Assembly (NCBI RefSeq): GCF_009914755.1
Contig: NC_060936.1
Direction: 5' to 3' (one strand)
Origin: the human T2T-CHM13v2.0 reference genome, Homo sapiens
DNA length: 64,000 nucleotides
Position 1 is the first letter of the stretch. Every line of letters begins with the position of its first letter. Position numbers and translations under genes: made by a program. The notes beneath the pieces were generated by a model. It worked only from the letters and a program-made list of their open reading frames with translations, was not told the origin of the DNA and did no database searches. This document shows positions 43,620 to 56,018 of the stretch, piece after piece.

Positions 43620-44660
43620 CCCTGTTCCGGACCATCATCATCTCCATGGCCTTCTAACTCAACCGTCCCCATAGTCCATCATCTGTGCACCAGGCAGGAT
43701 CATCTTCACAAAACCCAGACCGTGTCATGACACTCCAATTTTCAAAGTGGAAGGGGCCTCACTTGACACTGAAAATATGCCCAACTCGCTGCCACGGCCC
43801 ATGCGGCCACTGCTCTACCCCCAGTGCATTTCTTGATCTCACTTCCTCATGCTAATATACAGCAATAGTGACCTAACTCCTGATCCTACAATGCAGGAAA
43901 CCCGTGCCCACCCCAAGGCCTTTGTATGTGCTGTTAACTACACCCAGAATCAACTGCCTCTGTATTTTCCAGCATAAATTCCTTCTTCAGAGACCTTCTT
44001 TAGCCTCCAATATCCAAAGTAGCCACCTGTATTAGTCCGTTCTTGTACTGTTATGCACACCTGAGACTGGGTATTGTATACAGAAAGGAGGTTGAATTGG
44101 CACACGCTTCCACAGGCTGTACAAGAAGCATAGCTGGGGAGGCCTCAGGAAACTTTTCATTATGGTGTAAGGCAAAGGGGAAGCAGGCGTATCGTACATG
44201 GCCAGAGCCGAAAGAAGAGAGAAGGGGGAGGTGCTACAGGCTTTTAAATGACCAGATTTGGTACAACTCACTATCCCTACAATGGGAATGGTGTTCAGCC
44301 ATGAGAAACCACCCCCAGGATCCAATAACCTCCCATCAGGCCCCACCTCCAACACGGGAGACTACAATTGAACAGGAGATTTGGGTGGGGACCCAAACCA
44401 TATCACCACCCTAACCCCAATATCACTCTCTCTCACCTACCTAATTAATTTTCTTAATAACACTTATCCCTACCTAGAATCAATCTTTGAATGTCTTATT
44501 CATTGATTACCTCCCGGTCTACAGATATAAGCTCCATGATAATAGAGATGTTATGTAACCCAAATACTTCAACCTGGCACTTAGAATACACACGAGTGTC
44601 ATATTAAGACAGTGTCTCAGGCTTGGCACACTATTGGTGCTCAAATTATATTGTAAGATA
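43620..44660. mobile_element. L2 relic interrupted by MSTA
   Basis: ccaaggcctttgtatgtgctgtt...cttggcacactattggtgctcaaa. Confidence 0.7.
44028..44405 (-). mobile_element. MSTA MaLR solo LTR
   Basis: tgtattagtccgttc...aaaccatatca; perfect TSD ccacc. Confidence 0.94.
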
Positions 44661-44719
44661 AATACGTAAATTTCAAGACAGCATTTATATCTGGCTCCAG
44701 GTATTTCAGAAACCACATT

Positions 44720-45035
44720 TTCTTTTCTTTTCTTTCTTTCTTTCTTTCTTTTTTTTTTTTTTTTTTTTGAGACGGAGTTTCACTCTTGTCACCAGGCTGG
44801 AGTGCAGTGGCGCTATCTTGGCTCATTGTCATTGCAACCTCTGCCTCTCAGGTTCAAGTGATTCTCCTGTCTCAGCCTCCTGAGTAGCTGGGATTACAAG
44901 TGTACACCACCACACCTGGCTAATTTTTGTATTTTTAGTAGAAACGGCCAGGCTGGTCTTGAACTCCTGGCCTCGGGTGATCCACTCGCCTTGGCCTCCC
45001 AAAGTGCTGGGATTACAGGTGTGAGCCACTGGGCC
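44720..45035 (-). mobile_element. AluS
   Basis: TSD agaaaccacattttct. Confidence 0.97.
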
Positions 45036-48000
45036 AGAAACCACATTTTCTATTCATAGGAAGATTCGTGTGTTTGTTTTTTTATCAAATAACTGTTGGG
45101 TGATGCCTATATGCTGGACATAATCCTACACCTTTTGAAAAAATGAAATAAAATAAAACATACTTTCCCTGACTGAACTTAGTTTCTGGTGTCAAAAATG
45201 GATGCTGATTCAAAAATATTCAAAATAAATTGTATAATTATAAACTTAAATAATTTAGGAAGTAAAGGTGTGTGGCGGCATGAGAGTTTTCAAGACTAGC
45301 TTTCCAATGTGTGGAATATTAAGGAAGAATTCTTTGAAGAATTTTTAAAATATGAAACATTATTAGAAACATGTTCTGGTGGATTAGTTGGTTTTTCAAA
45401 AATATTTCTTTCCACCCAACCATGTCTCTCAACTGACTCATACTAGGGTGAGCAAGAATAGATTTTTGTTGTTTTCAGTTATTGAGTTGTGTTACGCAGC
45501 ATTGTTACATCAATACCTGACTAATACAGATGTATGTCCATTTTCCTCTTACCTGGAGGTGCTTGTCTCTTAGCAATCCAAGTGCCCTCTGAGTAGGACC
45601 ATCAGTCTCATCGTCTAGGCTGAGCACCTATTGAGAACCTTGTGTTTCACCAAGATGTGCACGTTTTCATTCATACTAAATGACCAAGCTTGGAAATTAG
45701 CTGCAGACTTCCTCGATAGATAGAACAATGGGTAACTCAACACTCCTGTCTCAATGTAGCAACCCCAACCCAAATAAGCAACCTCCACATACACCATGAA
45801 TTTACTGAAAAGAAGATCTCACTCTTCCCTCGAGAATGTCACAAAACCCTTGTCAGGGGTGATACAAGAAAGTGGAGTGGAGTGGGTTGCTGAGGAGCAA
45901 GACTCTATACTTTCAATCAATTCAACAACTGTTGATCATCTGCTCTACACCAACTTGCACCCTCGGTCACAGCAGTAAACCAGACAGAGCAATCCCCCAG
46001 CCATGTAAAGCTTAACATTCAGGCCTAAGGATAAGGAGTCCTTTGGGAGCACAGCCCTACCCAGGGCAGCCCATTTCTTCACACAGGCATTTTATTATTA
46101 TTATTTTTTGCTTTGTTGACTGATACGTAAATTGCTCAAATAAGTTCTCATGATTCAGAATTACAAAGACTAAGAAGTAACATTAAGTAAGTAAAAGGGA
46201 ACAACCTGTTAGTGCCTAGACCTGAATTCAAACCCAGATGCTTTTAGCTACACAAATAGATGTGTCTCAGGGATTCCTATTTAAGACCCCAAATAAAAAC
46301 ATGTCTATCTGGAAGTCTCGTGGGGATTTTGTGTGTGTATGTTTTGTTTTGTTTTTGTTTTATGAATGGCTGTCACCTTATGTACAAATGGTGAACTAAT
46401 TAGAGTAAAATTTAGACTACATGATTATGACTATGAATGAAGGTCTTTATAAAATATTTAGGAATGTGTAGGTGTTTCTTTCACCTTTAAGTGAAAGCAG
46501 CAGCAAAGAACATAGAAGCTTTAAATGTTGTGAGGATGTTTTCACTAGAAAAGTCTCTGTAGAACATTTTTGATAAATACATAAAAATGCTGGGTAGCTA
46601 CTTGCTGTTTACACTAAATGACTGCTTCCAAAATGTTCCCAGAAGGTATATAGTGCTTGGAAGTGGTCTGAACAATTTCCTGAAATATTATTTACTCCCC
46701 AGATTCCTTGACTCAATCTACCTCTGTAAAGCAGCCCAAGCCACCTATGTCCTGGCTGCTGAGGGTTCCACCGGCTTGGGTTCCTGGTGCCCCTTCTATG
46801 AGTCACAGGAGTTAAGGTGAAAATGATCCTCAATTTCCTCTCCATATTTGCATTTTTAAGATGATTGGTCAGGCCTTCAGGGTCTCCATGACCCAGTAAA
46901 AGCAAACCCATTCTTATTCCCACCACCCCTTCCTTGCAATTGTAATGCCCAGGATGGGGTTACCCCTCCTGCAGATCTCAGTGGGTGGGGGTGCCTTATG
47001 GGGACTGGGGATTGAGAACCGTGTCACGGACACCCTGGGTTTGCACATGAGGCTGGCACCATTGCCCCCACCTGGAAAGCTTCATCTTACACTTCAGTGA
47101 AGGAAGGGCCTCGTGTTTTGCATTTCAATTATTTGTTTTCATTGAGTCTGAGGCTTTCTATTCTCAGAAAATTCACACTTTTGATGCAACATTTGAGTAT
47201 AATTACAAGGCATGAAACCAAATAAATGAATCATTGCAATACTTTAAATTAAATATGACCAGGTCTAGACACATGAGAGGGTTTTCATTATTCAGGGACA
47301 CAAATGGGCAGAGATTTCAATTATGTCTAACAATATCTTCTACTTTTGACATGAAAGAGTGCCATGAAAATAAAAATGAAATTTATCTTATTGACGCAAT
47401 TTTGAGAGCGATTCATCTGCTTATTGCAACAAGTAGAATTTTATTGTTAGAAGTCAATTAAAAGTATTAAAAGATTTAAAACTTATAGGTAAAAAAAACC
47501 AGCCATGGTGGAAAAACGTATTTATTTCAATCGTAAAAGGAGAAAAAGTTGCTTAAACACTGAATGTCAAAATAAATGAAAAATATAGAGCCACACAAAA
47601 ACTCTACATGGACTTCATAGTGGCAATATTTATAATAGTCAAAAAGTGAAGGCAACCTTAATGCCCACGGACAGGTGAATGGATAAACGAAGGGTAGTGT
47701 ATCGCTACAGCGGAATATTATCTAGAGCCGGAAGGAGAGAAGTACCAATGCATGCTGGAAATGAACCTAGAACACATCATACTGAGTGAAAGAGGCCAGA
47801 CACACAAGGCCAGGGACCACATCACCCCATGTATAGGAAATGTCCAGAAGAGGCAAACCTACAGTAGCAAAGGTACATTAATGATTGTCAGGAAATGGAG
47901 TCAGGAGGGATTTGATTTGAGATGAATACTAATGGGTATTTTTTTGTTAGGTGATAAATATGTCCTAAAATTAGATTGTAGTCTTAATCTGTACGACTTT

Positions 48001-48049
48001 TTAAATTTACTAAAAAAAAAAAAAAAAAAAAAATCAAACACAGAAATGG

Positions 48050-48148
48050 GTGCTGCAGTGAGCAGTGATCACGCCACTGCACTCTAGCCGGGGTGACAGA
48101 ATGAGATCCCAGCTAAAAAAAAAGGAAAAGAAAAAGAAAAAAAAAAAA
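48050..48148 (+). mobile_element. Alu right-arm 3' fragment
   Basis: gctgcagtgagcagtgatcacgccactgcactctagcc + A tail. Confidence 0.88.
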
Positions 48149-48486
48149 AGCTGGACATGATGGCTCATGCCTGTAATCCCAGCACTTTGGGAGGCTGAGA
48201 CGGGCAAATCTCTTGAGACCGGAGTTCAAGGCCAGCCTGGAGCAACATGGTGAAACCCCGTCTCTACTAAAAATACAAAAATTAGCTAGGCATGATGGCA
48301 CCTACCTGTATTCCCAGCTACTCAGGAGGCTGAGGAAGAAGGGTCATCTGGTGAGGTGGAGGCTGCGGTGAGCTCTGATTGCACCACTGCACTCCATCCT
48401 GGGCAGAACGTATGTTTCTTTCACCTTTAAGTGAAAGATAGGAAGAAGGAAAGAAAGAAAGAAGGAAGGAAGGAAGGAAGGAAGGA

Positions 48487-48538
<52 letters not shown>

Positions 48539-48757
48539 GAGAGGAAGGAAGGAAGGAAGGAAGGAAAGAAAGAAAGAGAGAAAGGAAGAAAGAAGGAAAG
48601 AAAGAGAAAGAAAGAAGAAAGAAAGAAAGAAGAAAGAAAGAAAGAAAAAGAAAGGAAGGAATGAAGGAAGGAAAAGAAAAGAAATTGAATACCCCAGAGT
48701 GAGACCCCATCTCAGAGAAAAAAGAAAAAAGAAAAAGAAAAGAAAAGCAAGAAAAGA
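48149..48757 (+). mobile_element. AluJ-like element split by an insertion of about 290 bp
   Basis: Body ends at ctgggca (~48406); 3' end cagagtgagaccccatctc resumes at 48695. Confidence 0.9.
48440..48683. repeat. (GAAA)n/(GGAA)n polypurine tract
   Basis: About 240 bp of almost pure purines. Confidence 0.97.
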
Positions 48758-48887
48758 AATTGAAGTTTGTACTTTAGTTGGGTACATTGTGTGGTATATA
48801 AATTATAACTCAAGAAAACTGTTTAAAAATTGAATGGAAGATAATACAATGACCATTCCCTCAAATGCCACACATAACTTTAGATAA

Positions 48888-49166
<279 letters not shown>

Positions 49167-49228
49167 ACGCCGCTGCACTCCAGCCTCGGCAATGAGTGTG
49201 AAACTCCATCTCAAAACAAGAACAAAAC
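49167..49228 (+). mobile_element. Alu 3' fragment fused head-to-head with the preceding Alu
   Basis: acgccgctgcactccagcctcggcaatgagtgtgaaactccatctcaaaacaag. Confidence 0.88.
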
Positions 49229-49619
49229 CACTACGGCCTCTCTATTCATTCAACCCCATAGAATTTGTGTTTACACCTCCAAGTTGAATCTTTTCCCATT
49301 GGCTAAACTTTTCTCTTAAGATCAATGATCTAACCAGCCTAATGAAGGCTTTGCCTAATGATTTTCCTGTGCGCTGATCCTTGCTGCCCTTTCCTCCCTC
49401 AGTGTTCTTTCTGTGTGTTAGGAGCGTGTTACTAGATTTCCTGGGTAAGTGACAGTGTTGGGTCACATTGCTCCTCAGAGGGTTATTTTAATGACAAGAG
49501 GAAAAGTAATATGACTTAGGAAGTGCCTTACACCCTGCCTGCCACACAGCAGGTCTCAGCTTTTCTCCTCTTTCTCTTTCTGCTTGCAGTCTCAGTTGAT
49601 GGGCACTGGGACTGTCCAC

Positions 49620-49780
49620 TCTGCATGTTTTGAGTCATTTAACTCTTCCCACAAACCTATGAGATACACTGTAATTATCTCTGCACTTTATAGATGAAAA
49701 GACTGAGGCTCAGAGTGATTTTCCCAGGGTTATGGCACTACTGAGTTGAGAGATCAGAATTCAAACCCAGAAGTGACTAT
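49620..49780. mobile_element. MIR
   Basis: ctttatagatgaaaagactgaggctcagag...attcaaacccag. Confidence 0.8.
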
Positions 49781-49786
49781 CTCCAT

Positions 49787-50680
49787 TAGAGACCAAATGT
49801 TTGTACCTCCTCCAAATTCAGAGGTTGAAATACTAACCTCCCAGCAATCATATTACAAGATGGGGCCTTTGGAGGTGATTGGGTCGTGAAGGTAGATGGA
49901 GTTCCCATGAAATTAGTGCCCTATTGTTCCTGGAAAAGGGTCCAGATCCAGACCCCAAAAGAGGGTTCTTGGATCTTGCACAAGAAAGAATTCAGAGTGA
50001 GTCCATATAGTAAAGTGAAAGCAAGTTTATTAAGAAAGTAAAGGGATAAAGAATGGCTATTCCACAGACAGAGCAGCCCCGAGGGCTGCGGGTTGCCCAT
50101 ATTTATGGTTATTTCTTGATTATTTGCTAAACAAGAGGTGGATTATTCATGCCTCCCTTTTTAGATCACATAGGGTAACTTCCTGATGTTGCCACAGCAT
50201 TTTGTAAACTGTCATGGTGCTGGTGGGAGTGTAGCAGTGAGGACGACCAGAGGTCTCTCATCACCATCTTGGTTTTGTTGGGTTTTAGCCAGCTTCTTTA
50301 CTGCAACCTGTTTTATCAGCAAGGTCTTTATTATCTGTATCTTGTGTGGACCACCTATCTCATCCTATGATTTAGAATGCCTTAACCACCTAGGAATGCA
50401 GCCTCATTGTACCCAGCCCCTACTCAAGATGGTCGCTCTGGTTCAAACATCTCTGAGACTACCTGCAGAAAAGACTCCAGGGAGCTCTGCAGTGCTCCTT
50501 CAGCCACGTGAGGACACAGGGAGAAGACGGCTGTCTGCAGCCCCTATGAGGGCTCACTCTAGAACCTGATCATCCCAACCCTAATTCAAATATCCAGCCC
50601 CCTGAACTGTGAAAAACACATTTCTGTTTTTCGTAAGTCACAGTCTGTGGTCATTTGTTCCAGTGGCCTGAACTAAGACA
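49787..50680 (+). mobile_element. MLT1A/B LTR interrupted by MER41
   Basis: ccaaattcagaggttgaaatactaacctccca...ggggcctttggaggtgatt...tgaactaagaca. Confidence 0.82.
49925..50458 (-). mobile_element. MER41A-type ERV1 solo LTR
   Basis: ggggtccagatccagacccc...ctctggttcaaacatctctgaga; 534 bp; TSD ctat/ctac; lacks the MER41B GAS-bearing segment. Confidence 0.9.
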
Positions 50681-50835
50681 TTCTCCAAAGCCCAAGCTTT
50701 TAACCACTAAGCCTCCCCTCCTCCTATTCACTTACACATCTAATGCTGTGGTCGGTCCTGTTTGCACACTCAACTGCCAGCCCGCCTCTACTTTTCTGGA
50801 AGATCACTTTTCCCACTATAGAAGGCTATAGAAAA

Positions 50836-51868
<1,033 letters not shown>

Positions 51869-52181
51869 ATGATGTGACAGACATGCCCTTTCCAACTTCT
51901 CTGGCAGTTAGGGCTTAGATATATAACCCAACTGCAGCCAGTGAGATGTGAAGAGACTTCTTCTGAGAGTGCGAGGACTTCTTTTTCTTCTGCAATAAAG
52001 ATACAGAGACAAACAAAAGGACCACACCTCCCACCTCCACCCACTGCCCTTCTAAATTCTGCTATTGTTGTGTAAAGATGCCACCATCAAACTGCCAAAA
52101 CCATCTTTCAGTCAGAAGTGGGTGAGTAACACTGCTGGAACAAACAGCCCTCTGGCCTCGGTGATTTAAATGACATTTCCT

Positions 52182-52493
<312 letters not shown>

Positions 52494-53099
52494 CTACTAC
52501 TTGTTCACTCAGATAGGCTGGAACGTTCTGGCCACTGTTTTCACTCAGATCCAGCCTGCTAGAGCAGCCACCATCTCCAGCATTGTTTGTTTTATTGGTT
52601 TATTGTTGATATTTTTAGGCCAGTGGACAGAGAGAGCCTCAGAAGTATTTTCTTAAATTCAGTTTCCTTTTTTTACATCGGCAGATAAAATCATATGTAT
52701 AAATCCGTACAGCATGATGTTTTAAGTGTATTTATGCTGCAGAATGACTAAATCTGGCCAATTAACACATATGCACAACTTTATAGATACCCAACAACAG
52801 ATACAATTAGAAACAATTGGCTTGAATGCTCCCTTTTCCTATTTTTGTATATTTGAAATTTTCCTAATAAAAATGGACATAAATAAATAACATTTAAGGC
52901 ATTTTTTTATTAGGCATAAGCATGCATTTCTGATAACATAAATCACCCAAGAGCATTTGTTATCCAGGTATACACACATACACACTACTCTGGAAATGTG
53001 TTTTCAAGTTTTATTTTCCTGATTACGGGTCTACATTTTCTTGCCATTTTGTGTGATGTCTCTAACAGTGCTTACATCTTGTTCCGAAACTATCTGAAT

Positions 53100-53327
53100 C
53101 GTTTCTTTCTTAACGTGCAGCAACATGCACTTATTAACAATGAAATCTAGCTTCTGTTTTTTTTTCCTATGCATCTTGTGAGAGCATCTTTAGCTCATCA
53201 ATTTCTCTTGATAATTTCAACTCAGAAGAGCTAAGCATCATCTGCAGATTTAACGATTTCATTGAAAAAAAAATCCTCCAGATCAGGTATTTTAGAATAT
53301 TAAATAACACCAATCCTGAGGCCCGTC
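53100..53327 (-). mobile_element. CR1/L3 reverse-transcriptase relic
   Basis: Minus strand reads GLVLFNI, then a frameshifted ADD-like motif (tctgcagatgatgct), as in CR1 RT LGPVLFNI...FADD. Confidence 0.55.
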
Positions 53328-54004
53328 TGTAACCACTCAAAGGGTCCACCTTGCCCACTGCCTAGACAGAGCCAATTCATCAACACGGGGGAATTGCAAT
53401 AGAGAAAGAGTGATCCATGCAGAACCGGCTGTGCGGGAGACCGGAGTTTTATTATTACTCAAATCAGTCTCTCCGAGCATTCGGGGAGCAGAGTTTTTAA
53501 GGATAATTTGGTGGGTGGGGGGAAGCCAGTGAGCCAGGATACTGACTGGTCAGGGGTGAAATCGTAGAGAGTAAAGCTGTCTTCTTGCACTGAGTCAGTT
53601 CCTGGCTGAGGGCTACAAAATCAGACAAGCCAGTTTATTAATTTGGGTGGTGCCAACTGATCCATCAAGTTCAGGGTCTACAAAATATCTTGAGCCCTGA
53701 TCTTAGGAGGAGTTTAGGGAGGGTCAGAATCTTGTAGTCTCCAGCTGCATGACTCCTAAACCATCATTTCTAGTCCTGTGGCTAACATTAGTCTAGTCCC
53801 CAGGCAAGAAGGATGTCTGCTTTGGGAAGGGTGATTACCGTCTTTGTTTAAACTATAAACTACAAACTAAGTTTCTCCCAAAGTTGTTAGTTCAGCCTAT
53901 GCCCAGGAACAAACAAAGACAGCTTGGAGGTTAGAAGCAGGACGGATTCAGTTAAATTAGATCTCTTTCACCGTCTCAGTCATAATTTTGCAAAGGCAGT
54001 TTCA
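53328..54004 (-). mobile_element. LTR8 (ERV1) solo LTR
   Basis: Reverse complement starts tgaaactgcctttgcaaaattatgactgagacggtgaaagagatctaa; 677 bp; 4-bp TSD cgtc/tgtc. Confidence 0.9.
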
Positions 54005-54529
54005 TGTCTGTCTGCAGTCCATCATTCAGAGGCCTTCCCCTTGCTTCCTGCTAAAAAATGAAATATTTCCTGCTGACAAAACATTGATCCTGAGCCCAGG
54101 ATGGTTAATGGATTAAGCATGTTTGGGTGTCAATCATGGTCAGGGGGGTTTTGAATAAAAGCTAAATTAATTGGCTACATTCACTCTATATTTTCCACAC
54201 ACCCTTTTTATAGAATAAAAGAACAACTTGCTTGTGATATTTAATGAAGGCAAACAGCACTTCGTTAATGTGTTATCATCGGCACTGCCATCTGTCCCAT
54301 CAGCCGACGTAACAAGCCGGGCAGCTGGAGGGATATAGTTCATGACCTTTTCTGGGGTTGAAGAGGCCAATAGCAGGGAAACATGCACACCATTGAAACA
54401 GGCTTGATGAATAGATCTAGTGATGGGATCTATTTTGAGGATGTGTCTTTGCATGGGTATCTTTTCAAGCCTGCTTTCCCTGATGCCTGCAGGCCATCAA
54501 CAACTCTAAGCTGATGTGTGCTTTTAGCA

Positions 54530-54720
54530 GGGACTGAGCACTTAAATTACGTCAAGGATTGTGTTAGATGGAAACTTTCTAGTATCTCATTAAATCATCA
54601 AAGCGGCATGATGGGTTGCAACTATTCCCATTTCCAGTCGTGGACATGGAGAATCAAAGAATTTGAAGGTTGAAAGTTGTCCTAGGTTCATGGAGTAAGC
54701 CTGAGAGCTGAGATTTGAAC
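54530..54720. mobile_element. MIR truncated at the rearrangement junction
   Basis: atctcattaaatc...ccccattt...gagctgagatttgaac. Confidence 0.65.
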
Positions 54721-54848
54721 AAAACATTGATCCTGAGCCCAGGACACTTAATGGATTAAGCATGTTCGGATGTCAATCATTGTCAGGGCGTTTTTGAATA
54801 AAAGTTGAATTAATTGGCTACATATGTCCTATATGTAGCCAATATAGC

Positions 54849-54872
54849 CTCTCTCTCTCTCTCTCTCTCTCT

Positions 54873-54948
<76 letters not shown>
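54849..54948. repeat. (CT)n(CA)n(TA)n compound microsatellite
   Basis: Directly visible. Confidence 0.97.
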
Positions 54949-54949
<1 letters not shown>

Positions 54950-55554
54950 ACCAATATATGTACCCTAACTATATCCCTCCAGCTTCCTGGCTGGTTATGT
55001 TGGCTGATGGGACAGATGGCAGTGTTGATGATAACATATTAATGAAGTGCTGTTTGCCTTTATTAAATATCACAAGCAAATTGTTTCCTTATTCTAGAAA
55101 AAGGGTATGTAGAAAATATAGAGTGAATGTAGCCAAGTAATTTAGCTTTTATTCAAAGACCTCTTGACAATGATTGACACCCAAACATACTTAATCCATT
55201 AACCATCCAGGGCTCAGGATCAATGTTATGTCAGCAGGAAATATTTCATTTTTTAGCAGGAAGCAAAGGGAATGCCCCCGAATAATGGACTGCAGACAGA
55301 CGTGCCTCTGGATTGGTGTTATTTAACATTTTGCCTATCTGAGAAGGGAGGCTTTGCTGTCTTAGGTAGCCACCATGCTGAACTCCTGCAGACACAGCAG
55401 GGCTCAGCAGTGCTAGAGGATGCACAGGATGGAGGAGTTAAGACAGTTTTAGAATACTGTTGATGCTGGCACGTTTCCAGCTTGATGACATTAAACAAGT
55501 CACTTAACTTCTCTGAGACTCAGTTTGTATTCAATATGAGCAAATCTTACTGGA

Positions 55555-55904
<350 letters not shown>

Positions 55905-55929
55905 TAATCTGCCTTCTGCTTCTGTAGGT

Positions 55930-56018
55930 TCCTTCTCTCCTTTCTTCTTTCCTTCTTTCCTTCCTTCCTTCCTTCCTTCCTTCCTTCCTTCCTTCCTTCC
56001 CTCCCTCCCTCCCTCCCT
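55930..56018. repeat. (TTCC)n/(CCCT)n polypyrimidine tract
   Basis: Directly visible. Confidence 0.95.

Larger units (their letters stand above)
47580..48830 (+). mobile_element. Old L1 (L1ME/MC) 3' end interrupted by an Alu cluster (48012-48760)
   Basis: ccacacaaaaactctacatgga...aaattagattgtag, resuming at attgaagtttgtacttta...aactgtttaaaaa. Confidence 0.8.
54005..55302. repeat. Long inverted repeat: arms 54005-54340 and 54967-55302
   Basis: Manual alignment: 336 bp, no gaps, about 32 substitutions (~90% identity); 626-bp spacer. Confidence 0.97.

Noticed and set aside
48318-48787. Phe/Leu/Ser-rich and Lys/Glu/Arg-rich ORFs
   Set aside because: Translation of (GAAA)n plus Alu sequence.
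54167-55140. Two ORFs encoding near-identical peptides, suggesting a paralogous gene pair
   Set aside because: The similarity is the inverted repeat itself. One ORF runs through a microsatellite, and many differences are non-synonymous.
53296-55330. Inverted arms read as the TIRs of a DNA transposon
   Set aside because: There is no TSD at the outer ends, the outer tip lies in a CR1-like relic, and the interior holds a MIR and a third partial copy rather than transposase sequence.
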